A stretch of 64,000 bases of DNA from an uncultured virus (IMG/VR IMGVR_UViG_3300036760_001400) (IMGVR_UViG_3300036760_001400), one strand, 5' to 3'. Positions 37,255 to 47,153 are shown, counted from the stretch's first letter. Notes: a model not told the origin generated them from the letters alone. Numbers and translations: made by a program.

Positions 37255-37998
37255 ATGAAGCTTGCCGCTGTCACCACGTGCTATAACGAACGGGAGTATG
37301 TCCGGCAATTCCTGGTCCACTATGTTCCTCAGGTCGATTTTGTTCTTATCATCGATAACGAATCGACCGATGGAACAGTGGAAATGGCTTCTGCGTTTTC
37401 CCAGAACGTCCGCTTGAGCTCGTATAGGACAGGTGACCGGTTCGACGGGAACAAGAAGCAGGAAGCCCTTGTCCTCGCCAGACAGGGGCTCATAGGGCAC
37501 GTGGACTACGTCCTCCTGCTGGATGTGGATGAGCTCGTCGTACCCAAGGACGGCGGAACGATCCGGGAAGCCCTGAACAGGCTTCCTGGACATTCCGCCT
37601 ACGGGACATCAGGCTACGATATCTACACGTATCCTGGGGATCCTCCGTACGATTCCTCCCTTCCTGTCCTTGCCCAGAGGAAGCGTGGAGTACAGGACAG
37701 CCAGTACTCGAAACCGATCGTCATCAAGCCGGAGTATGAGGGCATCTTCTCTCTCGGGTGCCACTACTTCATAAATACCGCCATGCCTGAGCTCACGCCC
37801 TTCAACCTATGCCATATCAAGGGATTCGATGACGAGCTGTATATCGAACGGTGCCTTCGGTTCACAAGCAGGGTGAAGGACCATAAGAACAACTATGGCG
37901 GTGGTGGGAGCTATTACTGGCTTGCGACACGAAAGGATTATCTGGCCAAACTGTCTTACGAAAAGACGGCGTCCAGGGTTATTCAGGTCATTCCATAA
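37255..37998 (+). CDS. glycosyltransferase family 2 (Glyco_tranf_2_4-like)
   Basis: TTCYNE, IIDNESTDGT, LLLDVDEL, YSKP, GCH. Confidence 0.85.
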   Translation: MKLAAVTTCYNEREYVRQFLVHYVPQVDFVLIIDNESTDGTVEMASAFSQNVRLSSYRTGDRFDGNKKQEALVLARQGLIGHVDYVLLLDVDELVVPKDGGTIREALNRLPGHSAYGTSGYDIYTYPGDPPYDSSLPVLAQRKRGVQDSQYSKPIVIKPEYEGIFSLGCHYFINTAMPELTPFNLCHIKGFDDELYIERCLRFTSRVKDHKNNYGGGGSYYWLATRKDYLAKLSYEKTASRVIQVIP

Positions 37999-38296
37999 TG
38001 TCGTATTTCTAACATCAAGGAACGGACCTAACGGAGGATCAGCGATGAGTACCCGCGATAGAGAGCATTGGATGGACTCGTTGATTCAAGCGAACGCCGA
38101 GACTGGCGACGAGTTCTTTCAATCGTGGTTTCTGGTCCTGCTCCACAAGCTTCATTGATCGAGAGGTAAGTGATGCTCAAGAGAATCTGGCGCTGGTGGA
38201 TGATTGGGGATTGTGGGCGTCGCGGGTGCGGGCATTCGGTCGCCTACCATCTTCCGTTTGCCGGCTGTATCAAGTGTGACTGCGAAGAGTATCAAT

Positions 38297-38327
38297 AGAA
38301 GGATTCTGAGAACGGAGGACGAAAATG
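38297..38327 (+). repeat. intergenic direct repeat copy 1 (stop-to-start spacer)
   Basis: AGAAGGATTCTGAGAACGG-AGGACGA-AAATG; matches 39331-39363. Confidence 0.85.
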
Positions 38328-39002
38328 GACATGTGGCACGCTGAGAAGGCTGAGGACCAATACGAGGAGCATGTCCTCACCACGGTTCGCCCCTGCGCGA
38401 ATGGCGGATGGGAGATCACGCACGACGGACTCACCTTCTTCTGTCCAAAGGATTCTCCGGTCGAGCCCAAGGTCGGCATGAAGGCCCGTTTCTACGGACG
38501 GGGTTTCGGATACCCGGTTCGCGGCCTGGACATCGACGGCCGAGAAGTGTTCTACCGCACGCAGGCCGAAGAGGAGGTCAGGCGCCGGAAGATGGTCGAG
38601 GACATGAAGGAGAAGAAGCGGAAGGACTACGAGGCCAGCCGGAACGAGTATGACCGGCGAGTGGCAACCCTCCCCGATGTGTTCCAAAAGCGCGTCGAGA
38701 AGTTCCGCAACGCCGGGGGCGACGAGTGGCGGCACGAATTCGAGCCTTACGAACTGTTCACCTGCGAAGAGGCTGTCAAGATCGCCGCCCACTGCAAGAC
38801 CACCGAGGGCGTCGTAGCGTTCCATGACCTACCTTGGGAGGAGCAGAAGAAGGCGGGTATCAGCGATGACCACAGCGGCAACACGTTCGGAATGGCCTGC
38901 CGACTGGCCCACTGGTATCTGAAGGCCCCGGAGAATGTTACGAAAGAGCACGGGGCACTTGTCGGTCTTGTCGGCTGCGACGGCTATAGCTGCAAGCATT
39001 GA
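38325..39002 (+). CDS. hypothetical phage protein
   Basis: GGAGG SD; GC3-rich open frame; HSGNTFG motif. Confidence 0.65.
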   Translation: MDMWHAEKAEDQYEEHVLTTVRPCANGGWEITHDGLTFFCPKDSPVEPKVGMKARFYGRGFGYPVRGLDIDGREVFYRTQAEEEVRRRKMVEDMKEKKRKDYEASRNEYDRRVATLPDVFQKRVEKFRNAGGDEWRHEFEPYELFTCEEAVKIAAHCKTTEGVVAFHDLPWEEQKKAGISDDHSGNTFGMACRLAHWYLKAPENVTKEHGALVGLVGCDGYSCKH

Positions 39003-39017
39003 AGAAGGATTTAGTGT

Positions 39018-39329
39018 ATGAGCAACAAGCGGCAAACCCTTGAGATCGGCGGGGCTGGCGGGAGCGGCTGGTCTTTCTGGTACAAGGAAGAGACGGGGGA
39101 CCTTGGGCGGGAAAAGGAAGTCCTCTTCTACCAGCCGTGGGGCCAACGGCCTCCAGCAGAAGTTTCGAAGGAGAAGGCCGAACGCTGGCCGAGCATGGAC
39201 TATGACGAGCGGTGGAAATTGACGGCAACTCTCTACCCTCATTGCATTGGAGACGGCCAAGTCAAGCCGCTCCGCTGGCCTGAACTGAAGATCGCGCTCT
39301 GGTGGTGGAATTGGGCGAAGACTGCATAG
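39018..39329 (+). CDS. Trp-rich hypothetical protein
   Basis: Fills the gap between the repeat copies. Confidence 0.5.
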   Translation: MSNKRQTLEIGGAGGSGWSFWYKEETGDLGREKEVLFYQPWGQRPPAEVSKEKAERWPSMDYDERWKLTATLYPHCIGDGQVKPLRWPELKIALWWWNWAKTA

Positions 39330-39330
39330 A

Positions 39331-39363
39331 AGAAGGATTCTGAGAACGGGAGGACGACAAATG
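39331..39363 (+). repeat. intergenic direct repeat copy 2
   Basis: AGAAGGATTCTGAGAACGGGAGGACGACAAATG. Confidence 0.85.
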
Positions 39364-40005
39364 AAAATCAAGATCGACTTCTGGCTGCAAGGAAAAGCCT
39401 CCTACGAGACGGAGGCCGATGATGTCAAGATGGCCCTGGAGATCGGCGTCAAGGCTGGGGTGGATTTCAGCTACGCCCGCCTCGACGGCGCCCGCCTCGA
39501 CGGCGCCCGCCTCGACGGCGCCCGCCTCGACCGCGCCAGCCTCGACGGCGCCCGCCTCGACGGCGCCCGCCTCGACGGCGCCCGCCTCGACGGCGCCCGC
39601 CTCGACGGCGCCAGCCTCGACCGCGCCAGCCTCGTCGGCGCCAGCCTCGTCGGCGCCAGCCTCGTCGGCGCCAGCCTCGACGGCGCCAGCCTCGACGGCG
39701 CCCGCCTCGACGGCGCCAAGAATCTCACGATGCCTACCGGAGAGTCGTGGGAGGAGTATCTGACGCAGACGGTTCCCGCGCTCCTCACGGCGGGCGGCAA
39801 GGCCCTGGACGACGTGGCCAACGAGGAGCATTGGTCGTGCCATGACTGGAACAACTGCCCGATCAAAGCGGCGTTCGACGTGAAGTCCGCCGACGATGTT
39901 CCTCCGCTCTACAGGATGCACGCGAAGCAGTTCGTGAGCCTGTTCGACGCGAAGCAGATTCCGCTCGACAAGGTGAATCCGAAGATGGCGAAGAGCAAGG
40001 CTTAG
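39361..40005 (+). CDS. pentapeptide repeat protein
   Basis: (A[R/S]L[D/V][G/R])n encoded by 15-bp tandem repeats at ~39475-39717. Confidence 0.92.
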   Translation: MKIKIDFWLQGKASYETEADDVKMALEIGVKAGVDFSYARLDGARLDGARLDGARLDRASLDGARLDGARLDGARLDGARLDGASLDRASLVGASLVGASLVGASLDGASLDGARLDGAKNLTMPTGESWEEYLTQTVPALLTAGGKALDDVANEEHWSCHDWNNCPIKAAFDVKSADDVPPLYRMHAKQFVSLFDAKQIPLDKVNPKMAKSKA

Positions 40006-40301
40006 AAGCCTGAAACGATGAACAGCGAGGCGCATTGTCGCGGGCAGGATCGGCTCTGCACCTGCCCATGTGGGAAGGGGCTTCGGCCAGAGTTTTCCAT
40101 CCTACGGCAGGAGCGCGGGAGAATCTGTGCCGACTGCCAAGCGGGGGAGGGTGAGGACCGCGCCGAAGCGGAGGCCGAGGCTTGCGTCTGTAGTTGGAAC
40201 GAGTTGAGCGGGTTCAGCGTGTGCGGGATGCCGTGTCCCGTCCACAAGCCGATGAATATCAGATGACCGGACGAACTATTGCGTGAACTAGAGGACCGCG
40301 C

Positions 40302-40763
40302 ATGGACGTGAAGAAGGAATCGGGTTGCATGTTCTACTCGCCACCGGACGCCCTTGACGAGTGGATGGACCCCATGATGCGTCCGGTCTGTGAAGAGATC
40401 AACCGTTCTGGGTGGGTCTGGACCGCTGAGAGTTGCCAGGGCCACCCGGACGCCGAGAAGTCCGGAACCTGGGGGCACAACACCCGCCCGATGCTACGCC
40501 TCGTCACGAAGGACGAGAGCGTCGGCCGGATGTGGGCGGCGATCATGGAAGCCTACGAAATCGAGCGGCGGGCAACGGAAGAGTCAATCGAGGAGCACGG
40601 GAACATGTCCGAGTTGATTGGCTTATCCGTCTATCCCATGAGCGGCCGGAATCCTGGCTGGAGCGAGGTGCTCATCTACATCGAGGCCAAGACCGTGTAC
40701 CAGCGCAACGAGGGTATGGGTGTCTGGGAGAACTTCGGGAAGATCGTGAACCGGAAGTCTTAG
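40302..40763 (+). CDS. TYW3-like fold protein
   Basis: D..M..V...IN....WTAESCQGH motif. Confidence 0.5.
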   Translation: MDVKKESGCMFYSPPDALDEWMDPMMRPVCEEINRSGWVWTAESCQGHPDAEKSGTWGHNTRPMLRLVTKDESVGRMWAAIMEAYEIERRATEESIEEHGNMSELIGLSVYPMSGRNPGWSEVLIYIEAKTVYQRNEGMGVWENFGKIVNRKS

Positions 40764-41229
40764 ATTTTCTATTCGAGGATTGACGGATGAAAAAGGTGCC
40801 GGAACTATCCAGCAAGATCCTCTTCAAGGCATACGTCGCCGGGAGCTGCGCACGGCATCGGCTGGCGCACGGGAAGAAGTTCGTTTCGGATCGGAAGGCC
40901 GAAGGATTCACCCACTACGGCGCGGCAGAGGAGGCGGGGGTCAAGGCGGCGTTCGCCTTGCTCTGGAAGCACGCCACTCGAAAGGTCAAGGTCTGAACAA
41001 TTAGTCGAGGTATACGATGCCCGAATGTGTTTGTTGCCGTAGTGAGCATAATGACGTGGTGGCGGTAGAAGGCGACCGCTGGTGTCGCCAATGCCAGAAA
41101 GACGGATGCCCACAACCGAAGATCCAGCGCCCCCTCAACAATCGACCCGAGGATGGTGGCGCTGGGTGCCCTATGGAAGGTGGCCGAGATTTGCTTGGGG
41201 ATTAGGCAGACTTGAACTTATGAGAATTG

Positions 41230-41450
41230 AAGGTGAGCCCGGCGGGGGCTTGAGAAAGCTGGGCAGTTCGAGGGAGGTACCCGGGAGTAATCCCGCCCTC
41301 GGGCTGCTTGGATGCCGCCGGGGATTTCTAACACGAGGCGCCATTGCGCGCCTACACCTTAGTGACCTTGTGAGAACGAACGAGCGGCCCGTCCCGGCGA
41401 GCCTGTACTGCAAAGTGCGGGGCAAGCCTCGCGTCTGGGGCGGGCGCTCG
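41230..41450 (+). ncRNA. structured intergenic RNA with three GNRA tetraloops
   Basis: Nested stems with G-U pairs on the + strand; GAGA, GTAA and GCAA loops. Confidence 0.65.
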
Positions 41451-41486
41451 GATTAAGGAAACCCTGGAGAAGATGCCGGTGATGAA

Positions 41487-41840
41487 ATGAGCGACCTGAC
41501 TTTCGACGCGCTGAGAATTGTCAACGTGACGCGGTGTGAGCGGTGGCACGGCCCCGGCTCCGATCCGTGGTCCCTCGCCGACTGGTCGAACGCCCTCTGC
41601 GGCGAGGCCGGGGAGCTGGCGAACGTCATCAAGAAGATCCGTCGCCAGGAGACGGGCGCGGTGAACCAGGGCGACCCGTCCATGCAGGAGTTGAAGGGGA
41701 TGGCGGGCCTTGAGCTTGCCGACGTCGTGATCTACGCGGACCTCCTCGCCAAGCAACTCGGCGTCGATCTGGCCGACGTCGTGAAGAGGAAGTTCAACAA
41801 GGTGTCCGAGAAGTACGGATTCCCCGAGAGGCTCACATGA
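41487..41840 (+). CDS. MazG-like nucleotide pyrophosphohydrolase
   Basis: LCGEAGELANVIKK...ELADVVIY...LGVDL...KFN. Confidence 0.88.
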   Translation: MSDLTFDALRIVNVTRCERWHGPGSDPWSLADWSNALCGEAGELANVIKKIRRQETGAVNQGDPSMQELKGMAGLELADVVIYADLLAKQLGVDLADVVKRKFNKVSEKYGFPERLT

Positions 41841-42469
41841 AGAAGTTCGCCGTGCTGATTCGGCCCTGGGCGGTCTACGCGAAGGAGTGGAGCTTCTTCG
41901 TGGAGCAGGGGGGCTTGCGCGATTCGTGGGGCAAGGAGTGGGTTCCGATCATGGCCCGGGACCTGGAGAGTGCCAGAAGGAAGGGCTACGCCAAGGACGG
42001 ACGACGCGATCCCTTGGCGCACGCCCGGTGAGTCACGGACTAATCGTTCGAGGACAGGAGGGTAGATGATCCGGATCATGTTCGAGTCGATCACCTGCGA
42101 GGTCAAGGGCTGCGAGGCAGACGCCTACTGCCGTCTGAAGACCACCTCCCAAGCTTGGGATAAGCCTCCGAGCGGCCAAGGGCTTTACTGTCAAAAACAT
42201 GCCACAGCGGTTGCTGATGGGATCGAGGCCCACGCCAAGAAAAACGGGAGCGATGTCGAACGTGGCTGGGTGGTTACTGAGAGAGCGTCACAATAACCAG
42301 ACCATGAAGGGTTTGAAGGGCTGTTATTTTTGCGGGCGCTTCGTTGAGAAGAAACGCCAGAGGCATCCGGTAGTTTGCCGTCGCAAGATATGTCTCGCGA
42401 TGGCCGTGCTTGGGGAAATGTGCCAAGCTGACCACGAAGAGAGAATCAAAAGGGTTAGATCAAATTAAT

Positions 42470-42811
42470 ATGCCGACATCAGGAGCCTACGAGTTCAAGC
42501 TCTCCCCGAAGGCCGTGGACGGCGTGATCGACGACGAGCTGGGGATGTTCCCCGGTGAATGGGCGTGGAAGAAGCAGATCGAGGGCCGCTTCCTCGCGGT
42601 CTACGCCTGCTGCCCCGACTGTGGGCTCCTCATGACGCTGTGGAGGCGGTTCGGGTCGGACGTCCACAAGGGCCACGCCATCGACGGCGCGGGGAACATC
42701 AGTCCGAGCGTCCTGCACTCCTACGTTTGCCTGGGCGTCGAGAAGTGCGGCTTCCACACCCAGCCGACGAAGCTCCTGGACTTTGTGGACCTGCGCGGAA
42801 CGTCAGTATGA
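42470..42811 (+). CDS. DUF6527-like zinc-binding protein
   Basis: CCPDCG...ISPSV...CGFH. Confidence 0.45.
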   Translation: MPTSGAYEFKLSPKAVDGVIDDELGMFPGEWAWKKQIEGRFLAVYACCPDCGLLMTLWRRFGSDVHKGHAIDGAGNISPSVLHSYVCLGVEKCGFHTQPTKLLDFVDLRGTSV

Positions 42812-42818
42812 GCAAATT

Positions 42819-43457
42819 ATGAAGCCCTACTACGAGTCTGGTGGAATCACGATCTATTGCGGGGACTGCTTTGAGATAACACCCGCAGTCGTGGCGCAAG
42901 CCGATCTGACACTTTCCGATCCTCCCTACGGGCTAGGAAAATCGTGGGAAAGAACATGGCACGGCAATAACGGGAAGACTAGATTCGGTGGTGAGACGCC
43001 AGAGTGGGATCATGCTGCCCATCAAAAGTCCTTCGACATCTTGCTTCAGACGAAGCATTCGGTGGTGTGGGGAGGGAACCAGTTTATTACGCCTCCCTGC
43101 GGAAACTGGTTCGTCTGGGACAAGATTCAGAAGTCTGTGCGGGCTGAATGCGAGATGGCTTGGACAACCCTAAAGGGCGGCCACAAAATCTTCAGAATGA
43201 GCCGCATTGACGCCTACTGGAACAAGGCCGAGTTCCGAAAAGAACATCCGGCAGAAAAGCCAATTCCTTTGATGGAGTGGTGTCTCGGTTGGTTCAAGAC
43301 TTCAAAGGTCGTGCTTGACCCGTTCATGGGGGTTGGCACTTCCTTGATTGCGGCAAAGAGAACAGGTCGAAAGGCTATCGGCATCGAACTGGACGAGAAG
43401 TATTGTGAGGTCGCTGTCCAGAGGCTCGAAAACTCGGTGTTGGCACAGAAGAGGTAA
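42819..43457 (+). CDS. N6A/N4C DNA methyltransferase (beta class)
   Basis: GDC, SDPPYG, VWDK, HPAEKP, VLDPFMGVGTS, GIELD. Confidence 0.92.
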   Translation: MKPYYESGGITIYCGDCFEITPAVVAQADLTLSDPPYGLGKSWERTWHGNNGKTRFGGETPEWDHAAHQKSFDILLQTKHSVVWGGNQFITPPCGNWFVWDKIQKSVRAECEMAWTTLKGGHKIFRMSRIDAYWNKAEFRKEHPAEKPIPLMEWCLGWFKTSKVVLDPFMGVGTSLIAAKRTGRKAIGIELDEKYCEVAVQRLENSVLAQKR

Positions 43458-43626
43458 AGGATGACGAAGGAAGAGGTTTTCGAGCTTGGGGCGAAGTGGG
43501 AGAGGGCTCAGACGGAAGTGCGGCAGGCCAATCAAGCTGAGGACGAGGCTCACATAGCCTACATAATGGCGATGGATCAATTCTTCAAGGAGCACGGGAC
43601 GCTTCCCGTTACACGAAAGGAATAGT

Positions 43627-44352
43627 ATGAGCACGACCACCCGAGTCTGTTTCTGTGGGGGCTGTAGCTCCTGCATGATCTGGCAGAGGAACGATGAGAT
43701 CGCCGCGCTCCGCGCCGAACTAGACAACGCCCGCCGCGCCATCACCATCCACGCGGACACGGCGGCGGCGAGACAGGTTGAGATCGACCGGCTCACGCTT
43801 GAGGGGGTCAAGCTCCGCGCCGAACTTGAGCGCCCGAATTACGGCCACTGGTCTACGGCCCAGCTCGCGCTCAAGGCCGTAACGAAGGAGAGGGATGTCT
43901 TGCTTCTTCAGGTCGAAGCCTACCGCACGGCGCTGGAGCGTGTCGTGCGGGTGCTTGGCCCGGCGTTTGCTCAAGGGGCTCTCACGGAAAAGCCATTGAG
44001 CGATGCGGAGGCTAAGAAAATCATCACGGACGCTGGATTTGTCCCAGTGAAGCCTCCTGACTGCGGGTGCGAGGGGTGTTTCGAGGAGATGAACTCGGCG
44101 CTAAAGCCAGAGTGCGAGCCAGACTGTCGGGTGCATCACTATCTAGAAGAGGGCGCGGAAAAGCCAAAGGACGCCAGCGCCGACGAAGAGAGAGTTCCCT
44201 TGGAACACATATGCGCGTGTGACGGCACCGAGCCGAGCCGCGAGTGCCCGATGCACCGAGGCACCGAAAAGCAGAAGTGCGGCTGTGGGTGTCATGCGGT
44301 CAATAAAGGGTGTTCATCGTGTCCGGCTTGTGAGTGTGGCGGGTACGCTTAA
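43627..44352 (+). CDS. coiled-coil and Cys-rich protein
   Basis: Mosaic of short helical and Cys modules. Confidence 0.55.
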   Translation: MSTTTRVCFCGGCSSCMIWQRNDEIAALRAELDNARRAITIHADTAAARQVEIDRLTLEGVKLRAELERPNYGHWSTAQLALKAVTKERDVLLLQVEAYRTALERVVRVLGPAFAQGALTEKPLSDAEAKKIITDAGFVPVKPPDCGCEGCFEEMNSALKPECEPDCRVHHYLEEGAEKPKDASADEERVPLEHICACDGTEPSRECPMHRGTEKQKCGCGCHAVNKGCSSCPACECGGYA

Positions 44353-44397
44353 GAGGGGATCTATGACCTGGACCGACTCAAACTCGACGGTGACACG

Positions 44398-44709
44398 GTG
44401 CTGGTACGAATCACGCCGCGTCCAGATGGGCTGGTGCCGAGTCTGGATGAAGCGGTGGTGGGATACGGAGGTCTGATCGTGAAGACGATGTCTTGGGTCA
44501 AGTTCGAGGGGAACGCCCCAAACGGTCCGCTTCCAGGCGGAGCCCTTGATTCTCGGAAGCTCGTCGTCCTTGTGGACGCGGACGGGATGCGCTGGGTCGG
44601 CATCCGGTTTTGGAGGCCTGACCTCTCGGAATGGTGGGCGAATTCTCAGAAGGAATCGGCGGTCGTCACTCATTGGATGGACCTGCCCGAGCCCCCGATG
44701 GATGCATAG
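44398..44709 (+). CDS. DUF551-like protein
   Basis: C-terminal VTHWMDLPEPP; start uncertain. Confidence 0.7.
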   Translation: MLVRITPRPDGLVPSLDEAVVGYGGLIVKTMSWVKFEGNAPNGPLPGGALDSRKLVVLVDADGMRWVGIRFWRPDLSEWWANSQKESAVVTHWMDLPEPPMDA

Positions 44710-45460
44710 AAGATGAGGTCGAAGAAGCGCCATCGGCCTTGCTGGCTGCGGAAACGGTACAAGGAGCCGATTCACCAAACCCAATGCCGCCGCTACAAGG
44801 ACTGCTGTATCTGTGCGGGCTGGCACGATGAGGGACATAGTTCATGACGTCCATGAAAATGCCCTGCTGGAGCTGTCGCCGCCCGATTCGGCGTGGTGGA
44901 AACCGCTGCTCTGGGTGTCGGCACTTCGTCTGCCTACTCTGCGTTCGCCGCTACTGCCATTGTTCGTCCAAACTGTCCGGGATGCTCAAAAGCAGCTACA
45001 AGGGGATGCATGGGCGGGTTCGTAGAACCAGCGAAAGGACTATGCCATGAAAAGACTCAATGCAATCTACTCGCTGCCGTTCAACGGCAAGACTGGCGTG
45101 CTCCTGTCGAGGCCGAGGCGGTGTATCTCGCATCGCCACAAGGTTGTGCTGAAGAAGTGGACGTATCGGCCCGAGTGGACGGTGGCTTCATAGAATCGAT
45201 GATACGGAACATTTTTTTAAGGGGGATTGTAAATGGATCCGAAGAACATTGGTGAATCATGGTGTGATGGGAATCATTTCCATATCAAGACTTGGATTGA
45301 TAGGGAAACGGGGAGCTGGCACATCGTCGTCACGGACACAAACCACTTGGAGCCGGTTATTGTTTTTGAGCAGCATGGTGGGCGCGGAGCTGGGGGCGGT
45401 GGTCTCGTAGTTGTTATGAAGTAGCGGTGAATCTGGACTGCATGATAGGAGGGTAGATCG

Positions 45461-45679
45461 ATGGAGAAATGCTGTGATGCAGACTTCCACCACCAGATTG
45501 AGTATCCGAGAAAAGAAGGTGGATCCGTAGAATCGCTTACCAGCCATAATTTCCATGATCACGAAGCGAGAAAGTATCTCCATGCTTCTTTGGACGAGTG
45601 GCTTAATGCGAATCGTGGTATCGAAAGTACGGCAGATCACTTCATCGTGTTCCGGAAGTTCCCGACTGTATTGGTTTAG
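45461..45679 (+). CDS. hypothetical protein
   Basis: AGGAGG SD. Confidence 0.5.
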   Translation: MEKCCDADFHHQIEYPRKEGGSVESLTSHNFHDHEARKYLHASLDEWLNANRGIESTADHFIVFRKFPTVLV

Positions 45680-45695
45680 ACTTTTTGGAGGTTCT

Positions 45696-45848
45696 ATGAA
45701 GCAACCCAAGCAGCATGGTTCGGTCCTGGTCGAGTACCTGATGTTGTGTGGCGCCAGTGTGGCAGCGCTCGCGGCAGTCGCTGATGCTCTGTCGCAGTTC
45801 TATGCAGCGTTTGCGGAGCAGCTCCGCGGTATGATTCAAGGAGGATAG
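45696..45848 (+). CDS. Flp/Tad-type prepilin-like protein
   Basis: GGAGG SD; MKQPKQHG|SVLVEY followed by a hydrophobic helix (G-1, E+5, Y+6). Confidence 0.7.
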   Translation: MKQPKQHGSVLVEYLMLCGASVAALAAVADALSQFYAAFAEQLRGMIQGG

Positions 45849-45873
45849 ACAGGTAATCGTCTAAAGAGAGCGC

Positions 45874-46497
45874 TCAGAGACCCTTCATCCCGTTCAGGGA
45901 TTTCACAGTCCCTGTAGCACAAAGTGCCGTCGCTCCCGACCATCCCAAGAACTTCAGAACGGGCATGGAGTCCGGAACCAGGAAGACTGAGGCCAGCGCT
46001 ACAATTGAGGCAACGGCAGCCCAGGGAAGGCCTTCCTGAAGAGCGCCAGCCAGGCGTACACGCTCCTCCTGGATGATCTCGCGGACCCTGGGCTCTGCCT
46101 GTACTACAAGGGATTGTGAGGCGCTCTGGATATAAGGGTCAAGGGCCGTCGATCCTTGGGCGGCGGCCTTGGCCGCCGCCTCTTGACTCTTCAGGTTCAT
46201 GAGAGTAATGACTGCTCCAGAGCCAAGGATGATGGAAGCTCCGCCGTAACCTGCTGCCTTCTGGTACTTTCCGTCCTTTGGAGCAAGATAGTATGTAGCG
46301 GAAGCCATGACTGCAGCGCCGGCAAGGAATGGAATCCCAGCCATAAGGGCGTCTGCCAGACGGTTACGCTCTTCTGAGATGATCGCTCTTATCGTAGGGA
46401 TGGATTGGTTGACGATGTTCTTGATCGCCGGGTCCGTCAGCTTTGAGGTCAGGCTGACGAGGGCGTTATCGGACAGGCTTTCCTCTGCGACAACCAC
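45874..46497 (-). CDS. membrane protein with two internal helical-hairpin repeats
   Basis: IxxEERxRLAxAL..G.P...LxP....K..G occurs twice; GTG just after the upstream stop is the likely start. Confidence 0.65.
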   Translation of the reverse strand: MVVAEESLSDNALVSLTSKLTDPAIKNIVNQSIPTIRAIISEERNRLADALMAGIPFLAGAAVMASATYYLAPKDGKYQKAAGYGGASIILGSGAVITLMNLKSQEAAAKAAAQGSTALDPYIQSASQSLVVQAEPRVREIIQEERVRLAGALQEGLPWAAVASIVALASVFLVPDSMPVLKFLGWSGATALCATGTVKSLNGMKGL

Positions 46498-46499
46498 AG

Positions 46500-47153
46500 C
46501 TAAAAGTTTACCGTCTTTTTCCAGGTCGAAAGAACCTGACCGGTGCTCAGGTTGGTAACGACGAAAGAGACGGTACGAGGTCCTGGAACCGCCTTGATCC
46601 GGTCCGTCACGAAGTAGAAACTCTTCGTACTGCTGCTCGAGGGACCAAGGATCATATATTCCAGATTCCAAGGCATTTCAAGCAGAGCCTCATTAACGTC
46701 CTTACCAATATAGTCCCTGGCCGCGATCGAGAGCTCAAGGGGAGTCCCGCCCTTGTTGGTGATCGTGAGATCGATTCTTGGAGTTCCAAAGACCTTCCAG
46801 CCTTGTTCGGCGGACAGGATGATATCCTGGGCCACGAAGAGATTGGGGACTCCTGGAACCGTATCGGCCACGGGTGCCTGGAAAGCGTAGGATGTACCGA
46901 TAAGACCGATGGCTACGCCGGAGATGATTCCAGCCACCTTCAGGTGAGTGGACCACTTCACCTCTTTGGGAATGAGAGCGGATCCGATGATGACGAGTGC
47001 ACCGGCAGCTACAGCTCCAACCGCCGCCCCTACGTTATGGATCGTTCCGGTCGTCTTTTCGATCTGCTGCTTAATAGAGTCCGGAACAATATCTATCTGG
47101 GACAGGTGACTGTTATCAAGAAGCTGGAAGTTGAGGCGTTCGTCTACTCTCAC
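46500..47153 (-). CDS. membrane protein with C-terminal Ig-like domain, probably leaderless
   Basis: Two hydrophobic helices then beta-rich ITNKGG..LGPSSS domain; TGGTAGAAT 6 nt before GTG. Confidence 0.6.
   Translation of the reverse strand: MRVDERLNFQLLDNSHLSQIDIVPDSIKQQIEKTTGTIHNVGAAVGAVAAGALVIIGSALIPKEVKWSTHLKVAGIISGVAIGLIGTSYAFQAPVADTVPGVPNLFVAQDIILSAEQGWKVFGTPRIDLTITNKGGTPLELSIAARDYIGKDVNEALLEMPWNLEYMILGPSSSSTKSFYFVTDRIKAVPGPRTVSFVVTNLSTGQVLSTWKKTVNF

Noticed and set aside
39475..39717. 15-bp tandem repeats as a possible CRISPR array or VNTR element
   Set aside because: No spacers; the repeats encode in-frame pentapeptide repeats, and the overlapping ASTAP and AVEAG ORFs are shadow frames
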